A stretch of DNA of 64,000 nt. It comes from Myxococcota bacterium. Its GTDB lineage: Bacteria > Myxococcota_A > UBA9160 > PR03. Positions 51,645 through 61,232 of this stretch are shown here, in pieces. Each line of letters begins with the position of its first letter. Positions within the stretch are counted from its first letter, which is position 1. Below the pieces are notes generated by a model, which searched no databases, was not told the DNA's origin, and worked only from the letters and a program-made list of their open reading frames with translations. The position numbers and the translations under genes were made by a program. The stretch spans positions 74,065 to 138,064 of the forward strand of contig JBFIML010000004.1 of the NCBI GenBank assembly GCA_041611735.1, given 5' to 3'.

Positions 51645-51712
51645 TGGGCTGGATCGCCGCAACCGTCATTCCCCTCCGGAGGGCGGTCGCGACCCCCAGG
51701 AGGAGAGCAGAT

Positions 51713-52066
51713 ATGGCCCAGAACGTGAGCGTGATCGAAGCCGGCATCGACCAGATCCAGGAGGCGATGCGGCTGGTGGACCGGCGCTTCCGCAGGCTTC
51801 AGCGGGATCTCACCACCCGGCGCCGCCGGCTCGAGCGGCAGGTGGCGTCGCGGCGGCGCGCCTTGGAGCGCACCGCCCGACGGCAGGTGACCCGGCTGCG
51901 CAAGGTCGGCCTCGTGCAGCGCGCCGAGGCGCTGCGGGAGGAGGCGGGCCGCCAGGTCGGGCAGATCTTCGAGTCGCTGCCCCTGGCCACCAAGGGCGAG
52001 CTACGCCGCATCGACCGCAAGGTGTCGGCCCTGAACCGCAAGGTCCGCGAGCTCGAGCGGGCCTGA
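51713..52066 (+). CDS. Small basic coiled-coil protein, phasin/PHA-granule-associated-like
   Basis: Strong AGGAGG RBS. The helical C-terminus LPLATKGELRRIDRKVSALNRKV resembles phasin-family tails. Confidence 0.55.
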   Translation: MAQNVSVIEAGIDQIQEAMRLVDRRFRRLQRDLTTRRRRLERQVASRRRALERTARRQVTRLRKVGLVQRAEALREEAGRQVGQIFESLPLATKGELRRIDRKVSALNRKVRELERA

Positions 52067-52158
52067 CCCCCCGACGCAGGGGGCCGGGGAAGACCCGGCG
52101 GAACGGAGCCCGGTGGCCAAGCGCGCCGGGCTCCTCATTTTTCGGCTAGGCTGTCGCC

Positions 52159-53325
52159 GTGGCGGACTTCGGCGGCGTGGACTTCCTGCTGCTCGACGAG
52201 CTGCTCGCTGAAGAGGAGCGCCTGGCCCGGGACAGCGTGCGCGAGTTCGTCGGCAAGGAGTTCCTGCCCCGGCTCCAGGAGCACTTCCGCCGCGACGGCT
52301 CCTTCCCCACGGAGCTCGTGCCCCGCCTGGGGGACCTGGGCCTGTTCGGGGCCAACCTGCACGGCTTCGGCTGCGCCGGCATGAACAACGTGGCCTACGG
52401 CCTGGTCATGCAGGAGCTGGAGCGCGGCGACTCGGGGCTGCGCTCCTTCGCCTCCGTGCAGGGCGCTCTGGTCATGTACCCGATCCACGCCTTCGGCTCC
52501 GAGGCCCAGAAGGAGCGCTGGCTGCCGGAGCTCTGCGCCGGCCGCGCGATCGGCTGCTTCGGGCTCACGGAGCCGGACTTCGGCAGCCACGTGTCCGGCA
52601 TGCGCACCCAGGCCACCCGGAGCGGGGACGGCTGGATCCTGAACGGGACCAAGCGCTGGATCACGAACGGGACCTTGGCCCACCTGGCGCTGGTGTGGGC
52701 CCAGACCGAGGCCGGCGTGCAGGGCTTCCTGGTGGAGACCGACCGCCCGGGCTTCGAGGCGCGCGACATCAAGGGCAAGATGTCCCTGCGCGCCTCGGTC
52801 ACCTCCGAGCTCTTCCTGCACGACGTGGAGGTGCCCGACGCGAACCGGCTGCCCGGGGTGAGCGGGCTGCGGGGCCCGCTCGCCTGCCTGACCCAGGCCC
52901 GCTACGGCATCGCCTGGGGCGCCATCGGGGCGGCCATGGCCTGCTACGACGAGGCGCTCCGCTACAGCCGCGAGCGCAGGGTGGACGGGGGGCCGCTGGC
53001 CGGCAAGCAGCTCACCCAGCAGAAGCTCGTCTTCATGCTGACCGAGATCACCAAGGCGCAGCTCCTGGCCTGGCGGATCGGGCGCCTGAAGGACGCCGGC
53101 CGCCTGCACCACGCCATGGTCTCCCTGGCCAAGCGCAACAACGTGGACGTGGCGCTGCGCATCGCCCGGGAGGGCCGTGACCTGCTGGGAGCCAACGGCA
53201 TCGTGGACGACTACGTCTGCATGCGACACATGCTGAACCTCGAGAGCGTACGCACCTACGAGGGAACCCACGACATCCACACCCTGATCCTGGGCGAGCA
53301 CGTGACGGGGCTGCGGGCGATCTGA
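52159..53325 (+). CDS. Acyl-CoA dehydrogenase, glutaryl-CoA dehydrogenase-like
   Basis: ELERGDSGLRS..SVQGAL, GCFGLTEPDFGS, GTKRWITNG and NLESVRTYEGTHDIH motifs. Confidence 0.88.
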   Translation: MADFGGVDFLLLDELLAEEERLARDSVREFVGKEFLPRLQEHFRRDGSFPTELVPRLGDLGLFGANLHGFGCAGMNNVAYGLVMQELERGDSGLRSFASVQGALVMYPIHAFGSEAQKERWLPELCAGRAIGCFGLTEPDFGSHVSGMRTQATRSGDGWILNGTKRWITNGTLAHLALVWAQTEAGVQGFLVETDRPGFEARDIKGKMSLRASVTSELFLHDVEVPDANRLPGVSGLRGPLACLTQARYGIAWGAIGAAMACYDEALRYSRERRVDGGPLAGKQLTQQKLVFMLTEITKAQLLAWRIGRLKDAGRLHHAMVSLAKRNNVDVALRIAREGRDLLGANGIVDDYVCMRHMLNLESVRTYEGTHDIHTLILGEHVTGLRAI

Positions 53326-53373
53326 CGTCCCGACGCCCCGGTCCCCGGGCGGACTACCCTGCCGCGATTCGAG

Positions 53374-54489
53374 ATGCCGAGAACCGTCGCCGTCTGCATC
53401 GGAACCCGCCCCGAGGCCATCAAGCTGATGCCCGTGCTCCACGCCCTCGCCCGGGCGGACATCTCCTACCGGGTGCTGCTCACGGGCCAGCACGCCGAGC
53501 TGCTGGAGCCGATCCTCCAGGAGCTCGGGATCCGGGTGGACGAGAACCTGCGCCTGATGCAGGCCGACCAGTCGCTCTCCGGGCTCTCGGCCCGGGTGCT
53601 GGAAGCCTTCGAGGCCCTGTTGCGCCGCGAGCGGCCCGAGCTCCTGCTCGTGCAGGGCGACACCACCTCCGCAGCCATGAGCGCGCTCGCCGCCTTCTAT
53701 CGCGGGGTTCCCGTCGCCCACGTGGAGGCCGGGCTGCGCACCCAAGACCTGCGCAATCCCTTTCCCGAGGAGCTGAACCGACGCCTGATCGGCTGTCTGG
53801 CCAGCCACCACTTCGCCCCGACCGACCGCGCCCGCGAGAACCTGCTGCGCGAGGGCGTGACCGAGCAATCCATCCACGTGGTGGGCAACACGGTGATCGA
53901 CGCGGTGCTCCACGCCCGCGACGTGCTGCTGCCCCGGATCTCCGGGGGGCTCGAGCCGCGGCTCGCTCCCGACCGGCCCCTGCTGCTGGTGACCAGCCAC
54001 CGCCGGGAGAGCATCGGCCCGGACCTGGAGGCCATCTGCGAGGGGATCCGCCGCGTGGCGGACCGCTTCGGCGACGGCGTGCAGGTCGTCTTCCCGGTGC
54101 ACCGCAACCCTCACGTGCGAGCGGAGATCCAGCGGCGGCTGGCCTCCCGGGCCAACGTGCGACTGCTGGAGCCCCTGTCCTACCTGCGCTTCGTGCGGCT
54201 GCTGCTGTCCGCCCGGCTGGTGGTGACCGACAGCGGCGGCGTCCAGGAGGAGGCCGCCTTCCTGGGGATCCCGGTGCTGGTGGTCCGGCGCACCACGGAG
54301 CGACCGGAGGGCATCGAGGCGGGCTGCGCGGAGCTGGTGGGCTGCGACGCCCAGGCGGTCTTCCGGGCGGCCAGCCTGCTGCTCACGGACGAAGCGGCGC
54401 ATCGGGGCCGCGCCGTCCCCACCCTGGCCTACGGGGACGGCAAGGCCTCGGAGCGGATCGTCGCCAGCCTGCTGCGGAGCCTCCCGTGA
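53374..54489 (+). CDS. wecB: UDP-N-acetylglucosamine 2-epimerase (non-hydrolyzing)
   Basis: GTRPEAIKL, TGQH, VQGDT, HVEAGLRT, PFPEE, TDSGGVQEEA and YGDG.AS motifs. Confidence 0.93.
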   Translation: MPRTVAVCIGTRPEAIKLMPVLHALARADISYRVLLTGQHAELLEPILQELGIRVDENLRLMQADQSLSGLSARVLEAFEALLRRERPELLLVQGDTTSAAMSALAAFYRGVPVAHVEAGLRTQDLRNPFPEELNRRLIGCLASHHFAPTDRARENLLREGVTEQSIHVVGNTVIDAVLHARDVLLPRISGGLEPRLAPDRPLLLVTSHRRESIGPDLEAICEGIRRVADRFGDGVQVVFPVHRNPHVRAEIQRRLASRANVRLLEPLSYLRFVRLLLSARLVVTDSGGVQEEAAFLGIPVLVVRRTTERPEGIEAGCAELVGCDAQAVFRAASLLLTDEAAHRGRAVPTLAYGDGKASERIVASLLRSLP

Positions 54490-55265
54490 GCGCCTCGACT
54501 CGACCTGCCCAGGCAGCCCCTCCGCCCCGCACCATCCACGTGGTGCTGCCGGCCTTCAACGAGGAGACCCAGATCGGAAAGCTCCTGGACCGCATCGAGG
54601 AGGCCATGGCGGAGGAGTCGCTCCGCTACCGGGTCCTGGTGGTGGACGACGGCAGCACCGACGCCACCGCAGAGGTCGTGCGCCAGCGCATCGACCGCAT
54701 GCCGGTCTCCCTGATGCAGCACGCCACCAACGTGGGTCTCGGCACCACCCTGCGCGATGGCCTCGTGCAGGCCGCCGAGGTGGCCTCGCTGCGGGACGTG
54801 ATCGTCACCATGGACGCGGACGATACCCACACCCCCGGGCTGATCGTCCGCATGGTGCGCATGCTGCGGGAGGGGCACGACGTGGTGATCGCGTCCCGCT
54901 ACCAGAACGGGTCGCGGGCGGTGGGCGTCCCGCTGCGCAGGCGGATGCTGAGCCGGGGCGCATCGATCTTCTTCCGGCTGATCTTCCCCACCCCGGGGGT
55001 GCGCGACTTCACCTGCGGCTTCCGTGCCTACCGGGCGGAGGTGCTCCAGGCCGCCATCGAACGCTACGGCAGCGGATTCCTCGACCAGGACGGATTCCAG
55101 TGCATGGTGGACATCCTGCTCAAGCTGCGCCGCATGAACCTGATCTTCGGCGAGGTCCCCTTCATCCTCCGCTACGACTACAAGGCCGGCGGCACCAAGA
55201 TGAAGGAGGGCCAGACGATCTGGAACACCCTGCAGCTGGCTCTGCGTCACAAGCTGTCCCGATGA
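54486..55265 (+). CDS. GT2 glycosyltransferase, DPM/polyprenol-phosphate sugar synthase-like
   Basis: VVLPAFNEE, VDDGSTD, MDADDTH, VIASRY and DFTCGFRAYR motifs. Confidence 0.85.
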   Translation: MSASTRPAQAAPPPRTIHVVLPAFNEETQIGKLLDRIEEAMAEESLRYRVLVVDDGSTDATAEVVRQRIDRMPVSLMQHATNVGLGTTLRDGLVQAAEVASLRDVIVTMDADDTHTPGLIVRMVRMLREGHDVVIASRYQNGSRAVGVPLRRRMLSRGASIFFRLIFPTPGVRDFTCGFRAYRAEVLQAAIERYGSGFLDQDGFQCMVDILLKLRRMNLIFGEVPFILRYDYKAGGTKMKEGQTIWNTLQLALRHKLSR

Positions 55266-55279
55266 GAGGCTGCGGGGGC

Positions 55280-56926
55280 TCAGGGTGTCGCGCGCCCCGG
55301 GCGGCGCCTCCACAGGGTCACCGGTGGCGCAGGGGTTCCGGGAAGAACGAAGAAGAGATCGGGATCGGGCTGGTGCTCCCAGGTCCGGTCCGGGACGGGG
55401 AGCCTCACCGGCTCGTAGTCCTGGCGGTCCACCTTCTCCAGCGTCCACTGCGCCACCGCCACCGTGGGATCGAGAGCGGGGTTGCGCGAGGCCCGCAGCC
55501 GGGCCCAGGTCTCGGCGCGGATCCAGATCCAGTCGGGCAAGGCGCCTTCCGGGGGCAGGACCCGGGTCAGGCCCCCGTACACGGTCAACCCGGTGTAGAA
55601 GCGCAGCGCGAGGTCGCCGTAGCTGGCGAGCACCATGTCCGCCGGGCGGGCGTGCACGCGCAGGTACTCGATCACGCTGGCCACGGGCCCCGCGGGCTCC
55701 CGAGCCAGGCGCTCGGTGAAGGCCAGCATCGGGAAGGCGGGCAGCCCGGTTGCGTGGCGGCGAGGGAGGCCGACGCTCCAGCTCCAGGGCGCTTCGGCGA
55801 TCCGTCCGGGCACGTCCGTGAGCAGGAGCAGGACCACCAGCAGCGCATGGATCCCCCGGCTCGAGCTGCGGCCTGCCCGGCGCAAGGGGTCCAGACACAA
55901 GGCCACGCCGATGGCGGCCAGCGGGACGACGGGGACCAGGAACCGGAAATACGTGTAGAGGAGCGCCGCGGAGCCGACGAGAGCGCCCGCCGTGAGGAGC
56001 AGCAGGACGGCGAGCGAGCGGAGCTCCGGGTCGGACGGGTCCGCGACCGGGCCGCTCCTGCGCGGCCTACGAAGCAGCGCTGCGGCGAGGGGAATCGCGA
56101 GCAGCGGCCAGGGCAGGAGGTGGGCGTTGATCTCCGTCAGGTACCACGCGACGTTCGGGAAGACGCGGACCTCCGAGAGCACGACGTAGCGGTCCGAGGT
56201 GGTGGTGAGCGCGATCCAGGCCAACCACACCCCGCACGGAGCGGCGAGACCCGCCGCGAGCGACCGCACGCGGCTCCAGCTGCGCTCCCAGGCCAGGAAG
56301 TGCGTGCCGATTCCGGCCAGCACGGCCGCGAAGGCGAGGTCGTTGGCCACGGCGAGGCCGGTCCCGGTCAGGGCCAGCAGGGAGGGAGCCCGACGCGAGC
56401 CCGCCAGGAGCTTCCGATACGCCAGCAAGGTGGCGACCACGGCCAGGGCGGTGATCGCGTAGTAGCGACATTGGCGGGCGTGGAGCAGGAAGGGCACCGA
56501 GAAGGCCACCAGGCCGGCCGCCAGCCGCGCCACGGCTCGCGGGCGACCCACCAGGGCAGCCGTCAGGGCGGCAGTGAGCAGGCCACACAGGGCAAAGGGG
56601 ATGCGCCCGGTGGAGGTACGCTCGCCGAGCAGGGCGAAGGACGCGGCGGTCACGTAGGGAGCCAGCCAGCCGTGGTAGACCTGCAGCCCTCCCCAGGCCG
56701 CCTCGCCCGCTTCGGGCAACCCCGCCCCCGCCGCCTGCGAGATGGTCTCCGGCCCCTCGCCCAGGATCGGCACCCCGCGCTCGAGGATGCGCCGGGCCAG
56801 CAGGGCCTGCTCCGCCTCGTCCTGCCAGAAGATGGGACGGTCGAGGGCGAGCAGGTAGAGGGGGCTGGCCGCGACGAGAAGCAGCAGGAGCCAGGGATCG
56901 GTTCTTCGGGCCACGCGGCGCGTCAA
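55280..56926 (-). CDS. GT-C (GT39/ArnT-like) membrane glycosyltransferase
   Basis: FWQDEAE after TM1, then HGWLAPY, RIPF and RQCRYY motifs among multiple TMs. Confidence 0.7.
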   Translation of the reverse strand: MTRRVARRTDPWLLLLLVAASPLYLLALDRPIFWQDEAEQALLARRILERGVPILGEGPETISQAAGAGLPEAGEAAWGGLQVYHGWLAPYVTAASFALLGERTSTGRIPFALCGLLTAALTAALVGRPRAVARLAAGLVAFSVPFLLHARQCRYYAITALAVVATLLAYRKLLAGSRRAPSLLALTGTGLAVANDLAFAAVLAGIGTHFLAWERSWSRVRSLAAGLAAPCGVWLAWIALTTTSDRYVVLSEVRVFPNVAWYLTEINAHLLPWPLLAIPLAAALLRRPRRSGPVADPSDPELRSLAVLLLLTAGALVGSAALLYTYFRFLVPVVPLAAIGVALCLDPLRRAGRSSSRGIHALLVVLLLLTDVPGRIAEAPWSWSVGLPRRHATGLPAFPMLAFTERLAREPAGPVASVIEYLRVHARPADMVLASYGDLALRFYTGLTVYGGLTRVLPPEGALPDWIWIRAETWARLRASRNPALDPTVAVAQWTLEKVDRQDYEPVRLPVPDRTWEHQPDPDLFFVLPGTPAPPVTLWRRRPGRATP

Positions 56927-56998
56927 CTCCCATCCGCCGCGTCGTCTCGGTGCGAGATCACCGTCTCGCTGCTTCGCAGGCGCGGCGCACCGCTCCGC

Positions 56999-59182
56999 CT
57001 ACACGGCCGGTGCGCGGGGCGAGCCCGCGGCGAGCTCGCCCCGCAAGGCGCGCGGGCGGGTGAGGAAGACGAGCGCGTAGAAGGCCGCCACCACCAGCAG
57101 CAGGGCCTTCACGCCGGTGAGGAAGGTGAGGGACTGCAGGAGCCCGCCCAGCAGCGCTCCCACCAGGTTCGCGCCGAGGGCCTCGTCCTTGCGGGGAGTG
57201 ACGGCGAAGGAGCGGATGAAGACGATCCCGGCGAAGAACATGGGCAGGGTGGTGAGCGTGCCCACCACGAAGGCCTTCACGCCGTAGGTCAGCGAGGCGA
57301 GGGAGGCCAGGTCGAAGAAGAACAGCGCCACGCACGAGCCCAGCAGGCAGGCGTAGACGGGGGGCAGGGGCAGGCGCGGGAAGCGATGGGCCACGGCATT
57401 GGCCAGCAGCACCATGGCCAGCACGCCCGAGATGATCACCGAGTTCACCCACCAGGTGTTGCCCAGCGCCAGCGCCGCCTTGCTGATGTTCTGCACCTCG
57501 AGGAGCAGGAAGGCGGTGCCCAGGCAGAAGAAGTGCCAGTGGGGCCGGCGCCAGCCCACGAGCAGGCCCCGGCAGCCGGTGACTCGCGCCCCGAGGGCGA
57601 AGAGGGCCGCCATCAAGCCCGCGAGCAGGACGTAGAGCACGGGGATCCTGCGCTTCGGCAGGTAGAGATAGGGCCAGTCGTCCGTGGCCAGGGGGGTCGT
57701 GTAGGAGAGCTGCAGGGGTTGGGTGCGCTGCCAGCGCCGGATCCAGGCGGCCAGCCGCGGGTTGGCCGCGAGCTGCGCCCGGACCCTCGCCAGGTCGCCA
57801 GCCACGAACATGATGCCGCCCCAGCCGTAGGCGCTCGGGGGGATCGCGAAGCTGAGCGGCGGCCCCCCGAAGACCTCGGAGAGCGTCCGGGCCATGCGAT
57901 CCGCGATGAAGAGGCGCTGGGCGTCGAAGGTCATGACCAGGATGCCGCCCTCGGCCAGCAGCCCGCGGGCCTGCTCCAGGCTCTCGCGCGTGTAGACGTA
58001 GTGATCCAAGCGGGCATTGGTCATGGAGGTGGTGGTGTGCGAGTCGAGGAGTCCGAAGACGACCAGATCGAAGCGCTGGTCGCTGGTGGAGAAGAAGGAG
58101 CGCGCGTCGTCGACGACCACCTCGACATCCGGCCGCTGGTACGGCCGCTCCGGGTGGTAGCGCCGCCCCAGCTCCACGATCACGGGGTCGATCTCCACGG
58201 CGGTCACGTGCCCGGCGCCGCCGCGCAGCGCCCCGGCGGCGTCGTTGCCGGTGCCCGCCCCCACGATCAGGACGCGCTCGGGGTCCGGATGCAGCCGCGC
58301 GGGGATGTCGTACTGGCTGCGCCCGCGCAGGGCGGGCGGGTAACGCATGGGATGGGCCGCCACGTGCTCCGGGCTCAGGTCGATCAGGACCTGGTAGCCC
58401 ACGTTGTTCACGGTGAGCTCGTACTCGCCCACCTCCCCCGGCCGGGATTCGCGCAGGGTGAGCTTCTGGTACGGTGACCAGCTCGACTCCAGCACCTCGC
58501 CTCGGCCGCCGGCGAAAGGGGCCAGCGCCAGGATCCCGGCCAGGAGCGCGAGCTCGAGAGCGCAGGCGCGGCGGCTCCTCGCCAGGAACGGAAGCGCCAG
58601 CAGGGCCACCACGCCGAACCACACGGCCGGCGGGAGACGAAGCCAGCTGAGCGCCACCAGCAGCCAGGTTCCCAGCAGACTGCCGGCCACGTTCACCGAG
58701 TAGGCCCAGATGGGCCGGGGGTGCTCGTCGAGCAGGCGCCCCAGGATGCGACCGAGGGGGACGAAGGCCGCGAAGACGAGCACCATCAGGAACAGCGTCG
58801 CCAGCAGACCCAGGCCGACGCTCGCCAGCGTCGCCCAGCCGCCCTGGTCGAGCTGCGCGTTCCAGATGAGCGGGTCGCCGATCGCCGCCAAGCGCTCACT
58901 GATCCCGGCCAGCTCGCGCTGCGTGCCGGGGAGCGTCATGAAGAGCACGAGCCCGAACAGGGGCACGAGCCCGTGGGCGAGCCGCGCCGGCTCGCGGCTG
59001 GTGAAGGCCCCCATGCCCAGCCCGAGGAAGCAGACCACGAGCACCGTGTTCTGCAGGTAGGCGAAGATGCGGATCTCCGTCCCTACCCAACGGATCAGCA
59101 GGAGCTCGAGGAACAGGGCGAGAACGCTGATCCCGAAGATCGCCCAGGAGCGATTGCGGGGAACCGGGAGCGCACAGGGCAT
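56999..59182 (-). CDS. Membrane protein with a central spermidine-synthase-like SAM-binding domain
   Basis: LFLELLLIRW, WSPYQK, LIVGAGTGND, VEIDP, DDARSF, FGLLDSH, YVYTRES and TDDWPY motifs, with TMs on both sides of the SAM domain. Confidence 0.78.
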   Translation of the reverse strand: MPCALPVPRNRSWAIFGISVLALFLELLLIRWVGTEIRIFAYLQNTVLVVCFLGLGMGAFTSREPARLAHGLVPLFGLVLFMTLPGTQRELAGISERLAAIGDPLIWNAQLDQGGWATLASVGLGLLATLFLMVLVFAAFVPLGRILGRLLDEHPRPIWAYSVNVAGSLLGTWLLVALSWLRLPPAVWFGVVALLALPFLARSRRACALELALLAGILALAPFAGGRGEVLESSWSPYQKLTLRESRPGEVGEYELTVNNVGYQVLIDLSPEHVAAHPMRYPPALRGRSQYDIPARLHPDPERVLIVGAGTGNDAAGALRGGAGHVTAVEIDPVIVELGRRYHPERPYQRPDVEVVVDDARSFFSTSDQRFDLVVFGLLDSHTTTSMTNARLDHYVYTRESLEQARGLLAEGGILVMTFDAQRLFIADRMARTLSEVFGGPPLSFAIPPSAYGWGGIMFVAGDLARVRAQLAANPRLAAWIRRWQRTQPLQLSYTTPLATDDWPYLYLPKRRIPVLYVLLAGLMAALFALGARVTGCRGLLVGWRRPHWHFFCLGTAFLLLEVQNISKAALALGNTWWVNSVIISGVLAMVLLANAVAHRFPRLPLPPVYACLLGSCVALFFFDLASLASLTYGVKAFVVGTLTTLPMFFAGIVFIRSFAVTPRKDEALGANLVGALLGGLLQSLTFLTGVKALLLVVAAFYALVFLTRPRALRGELAAGSPRAPAV

Positions 59183-59435
59183 GGCGGCGAACCTTACCCC
59201 AGCCGCGCGGGCCGGGTCGCGGGGTCACCCGGGCGCTTCCGGGCCCTCCCCGCTGCGGCCCTCTCGCGACTCGACCTGATACCCTGCCCCAAATGCTCCA
59301 GGAGTCTCCGTATCGGGAGCCCGACGGGCTCCGCTCCCGGCGCGATTGGCGTGGTCTCGCTTCGCAGGCCCTCGGGATGCTCTGGTTCGCGACCATCCTG
59401 CTCGCCTGGATCCTCGGGAGCGTTCGGCCTCCCGG

Positions 59436-61232
59436 ATGAGGTCGGCCAGCGAGCTCCTCGCGCTGGCGGCGGCGGGCGTGTTCCCGGTCGTCGCCTACCT
59501 CGCCCTCGGCCTGTGGGTGCTGCGCGCACTGCGCGCCCCGGCCCGCGGCGCGGAGCGTCTGGCGCTCGCCTATGTGCTGGGGAGCGGCGCCGCCTCCCTC
59601 GGCATCCTGGCGCTGCGCAGCCTGGACGTGCCCCTGCCCCTGCCGGCCCTCGCCGCCCTGGCCGCTTCGGCGCTGCTCCTGTGGCGACCGAGCGAGCGGC
59701 CGGAGGCTCGGACCGATGCCGCGCCGCCCTGGACCCGCGCCGTGGACGGCGCGAGTGTCGCCGTGGGCGCCGTGATCTTCGTCGCCGCCCTCGGACCCGA
59801 GGTGGCCTGGGACGCCCTCGAGTACCACCTGCCCATGGTGAAGGCCTGGAGCGAGGGGCCGATCCGCGCGCTTCCGGCCATGCTCGATGCGGAGTTCCGG
59901 GCCGGGGTGGATCTGCTCTTCGTGCCCGCCGTGGCGGCCGGTCAGCCCGACGCCGCCGCCGCCGTCTCCGCCGGCTTCGCCCTGGCCCTGGCGGCCCTGG
60001 TGCGCGCCGAGACCCGGCGGCGGATCTCCCAGGGGGCGGGCGCCTGGGCGGGCCTCTTCGTGCTGCTGGCCCCGCTCACCCTGGACAAGGCGCCGACCGC
60101 GGAGGTGGACCTGGCCGTGGGGGCCTACGGCTTCGTGGCCCTGGCCCAGGCCGATCGCTGGAACCGGACCGGTGCGCCCGTCACGCTGACGCTCGCGGCG
60201 CTCGCCCTGGCCTTCGCCGCCAATGCGAAGCTGCACGCCGCGGTGTTGGTCCCGGCGGTCGGGGTGCTGGTCACCCTGGGCGGACGGCGTCCCGCGGCGT
60301 GGAGCCTCGCCGGCCGCACCGGCCTCGTGGCCGCGCTCGTCGCGCCCTGGTTGGTGAAGTCGGCCTGGACCACGGGCAATCCCTTCTTCCCCCTGCTCGG
60401 CGACTGGTTCGGCTGGGGACCGACCACCCGGGCGCACCTGGAGCTGCGGCGCTGGAGGCTGGCCTACGACCTTCCGGTGCAGCGCGACCCGCTGGGGCTG
60501 CTGCGCTACCTGGGCTCCCTCTGCCTGGGACGCACCCCGGAGATCGGCGGCCTGCTGGGCCCCCTCCCGCTGGCGCTGCTGCCGCTCGGGGTTCGGCGGC
60601 TCTCGCGCGCCACGGCGGTGCTGGTCGGGGTGCTCGCCGTTCTCCTGGGGCTCCAGTTCGTCTTCATGCCAGCGGCCCGCTTCGGGACGCCGTGGCTCGC
60701 GTTCCTGGCCCTGGGCGCCGCGGCGGGCGGCGCGCGCCTGGCGCGCTCCGGAGCGGTCGCTCGCACGGTCCTGGCCGGCGGCCTGCTGGCGGTGGCCGTT
60801 CTCCAGCTCGGCTCCCTGGCCGCCGCCCTGGGGCCCCGCATCCTCGCCCTGCGCGACCCGGCCCCCTACCAGCGCGCCGCCCTGCCGGACCAGGAGGCTC
60901 TACGTCGCCTGGTCGAAGCAGCCGAGCCCGTCGTGGGAATCACCATGGGGGCGGTGGCCTGGATGCCCAAGCCCGTCTACAACCTGCACTGGGAGCGCAA
61001 CGGCGAGCTCTTCTTCGGCCGCACGCCGTCGGACCGCGCCCTGGCGCTGCTCCAGCGGCGTGGCGTGCGCTCGCTCGTGCTCCAGTTGCGGTCGCCCCTG
61101 CCGACGGACGGGACGGTCGGCCATCCCACGGTGGACGCCTGGATCCGGGCGGGGCAGGCGGTGCGCCGCACCGATCGCGAGCCGCTCCGCGCCCGGGGCG
61201 ACCGGGTCTGGGTGCTGGTGGAGCTGCGTTGA
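59436..61232 (+). CDS. Polytopic membrane protein, GT-C-like
   Basis: WDALEYHLP, VDL, K, PW..K...TGNPFFP and RF motifs with many TMs. Confidence 0.6.
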   Translation: MRSASELLALAAAGVFPVVAYLALGLWVLRALRAPARGAERLALAYVLGSGAASLGILALRSLDVPLPLPALAALAASALLLWRPSERPEARTDAAPPWTRAVDGASVAVGAVIFVAALGPEVAWDALEYHLPMVKAWSEGPIRALPAMLDAEFRAGVDLLFVPAVAAGQPDAAAAVSAGFALALAALVRAETRRRISQGAGAWAGLFVLLAPLTLDKAPTAEVDLAVGAYGFVALAQADRWNRTGAPVTLTLAALALAFAANAKLHAAVLVPAVGVLVTLGGRRPAAWSLAGRTGLVAALVAPWLVKSAWTTGNPFFPLLGDWFGWGPTTRAHLELRRWRLAYDLPVQRDPLGLLRYLGSLCLGRTPEIGGLLGPLPLALLPLGVRRLSRATAVLVGVLAVLLGLQFVFMPAARFGTPWLAFLALGAAAGGARLARSGAVARTVLAGGLLAVAVLQLGSLAAALGPRILALRDPAPYQRAALPDQEALRRLVEAAEPVVGITMGAVAWMPKPVYNLHWERNGELFFGRTPSDRALALLQRRGVRSLVLQLRSPLPTDGTVGHPTVDAWIRAGQAVRRTDREPLRARGDRVWVLVELR

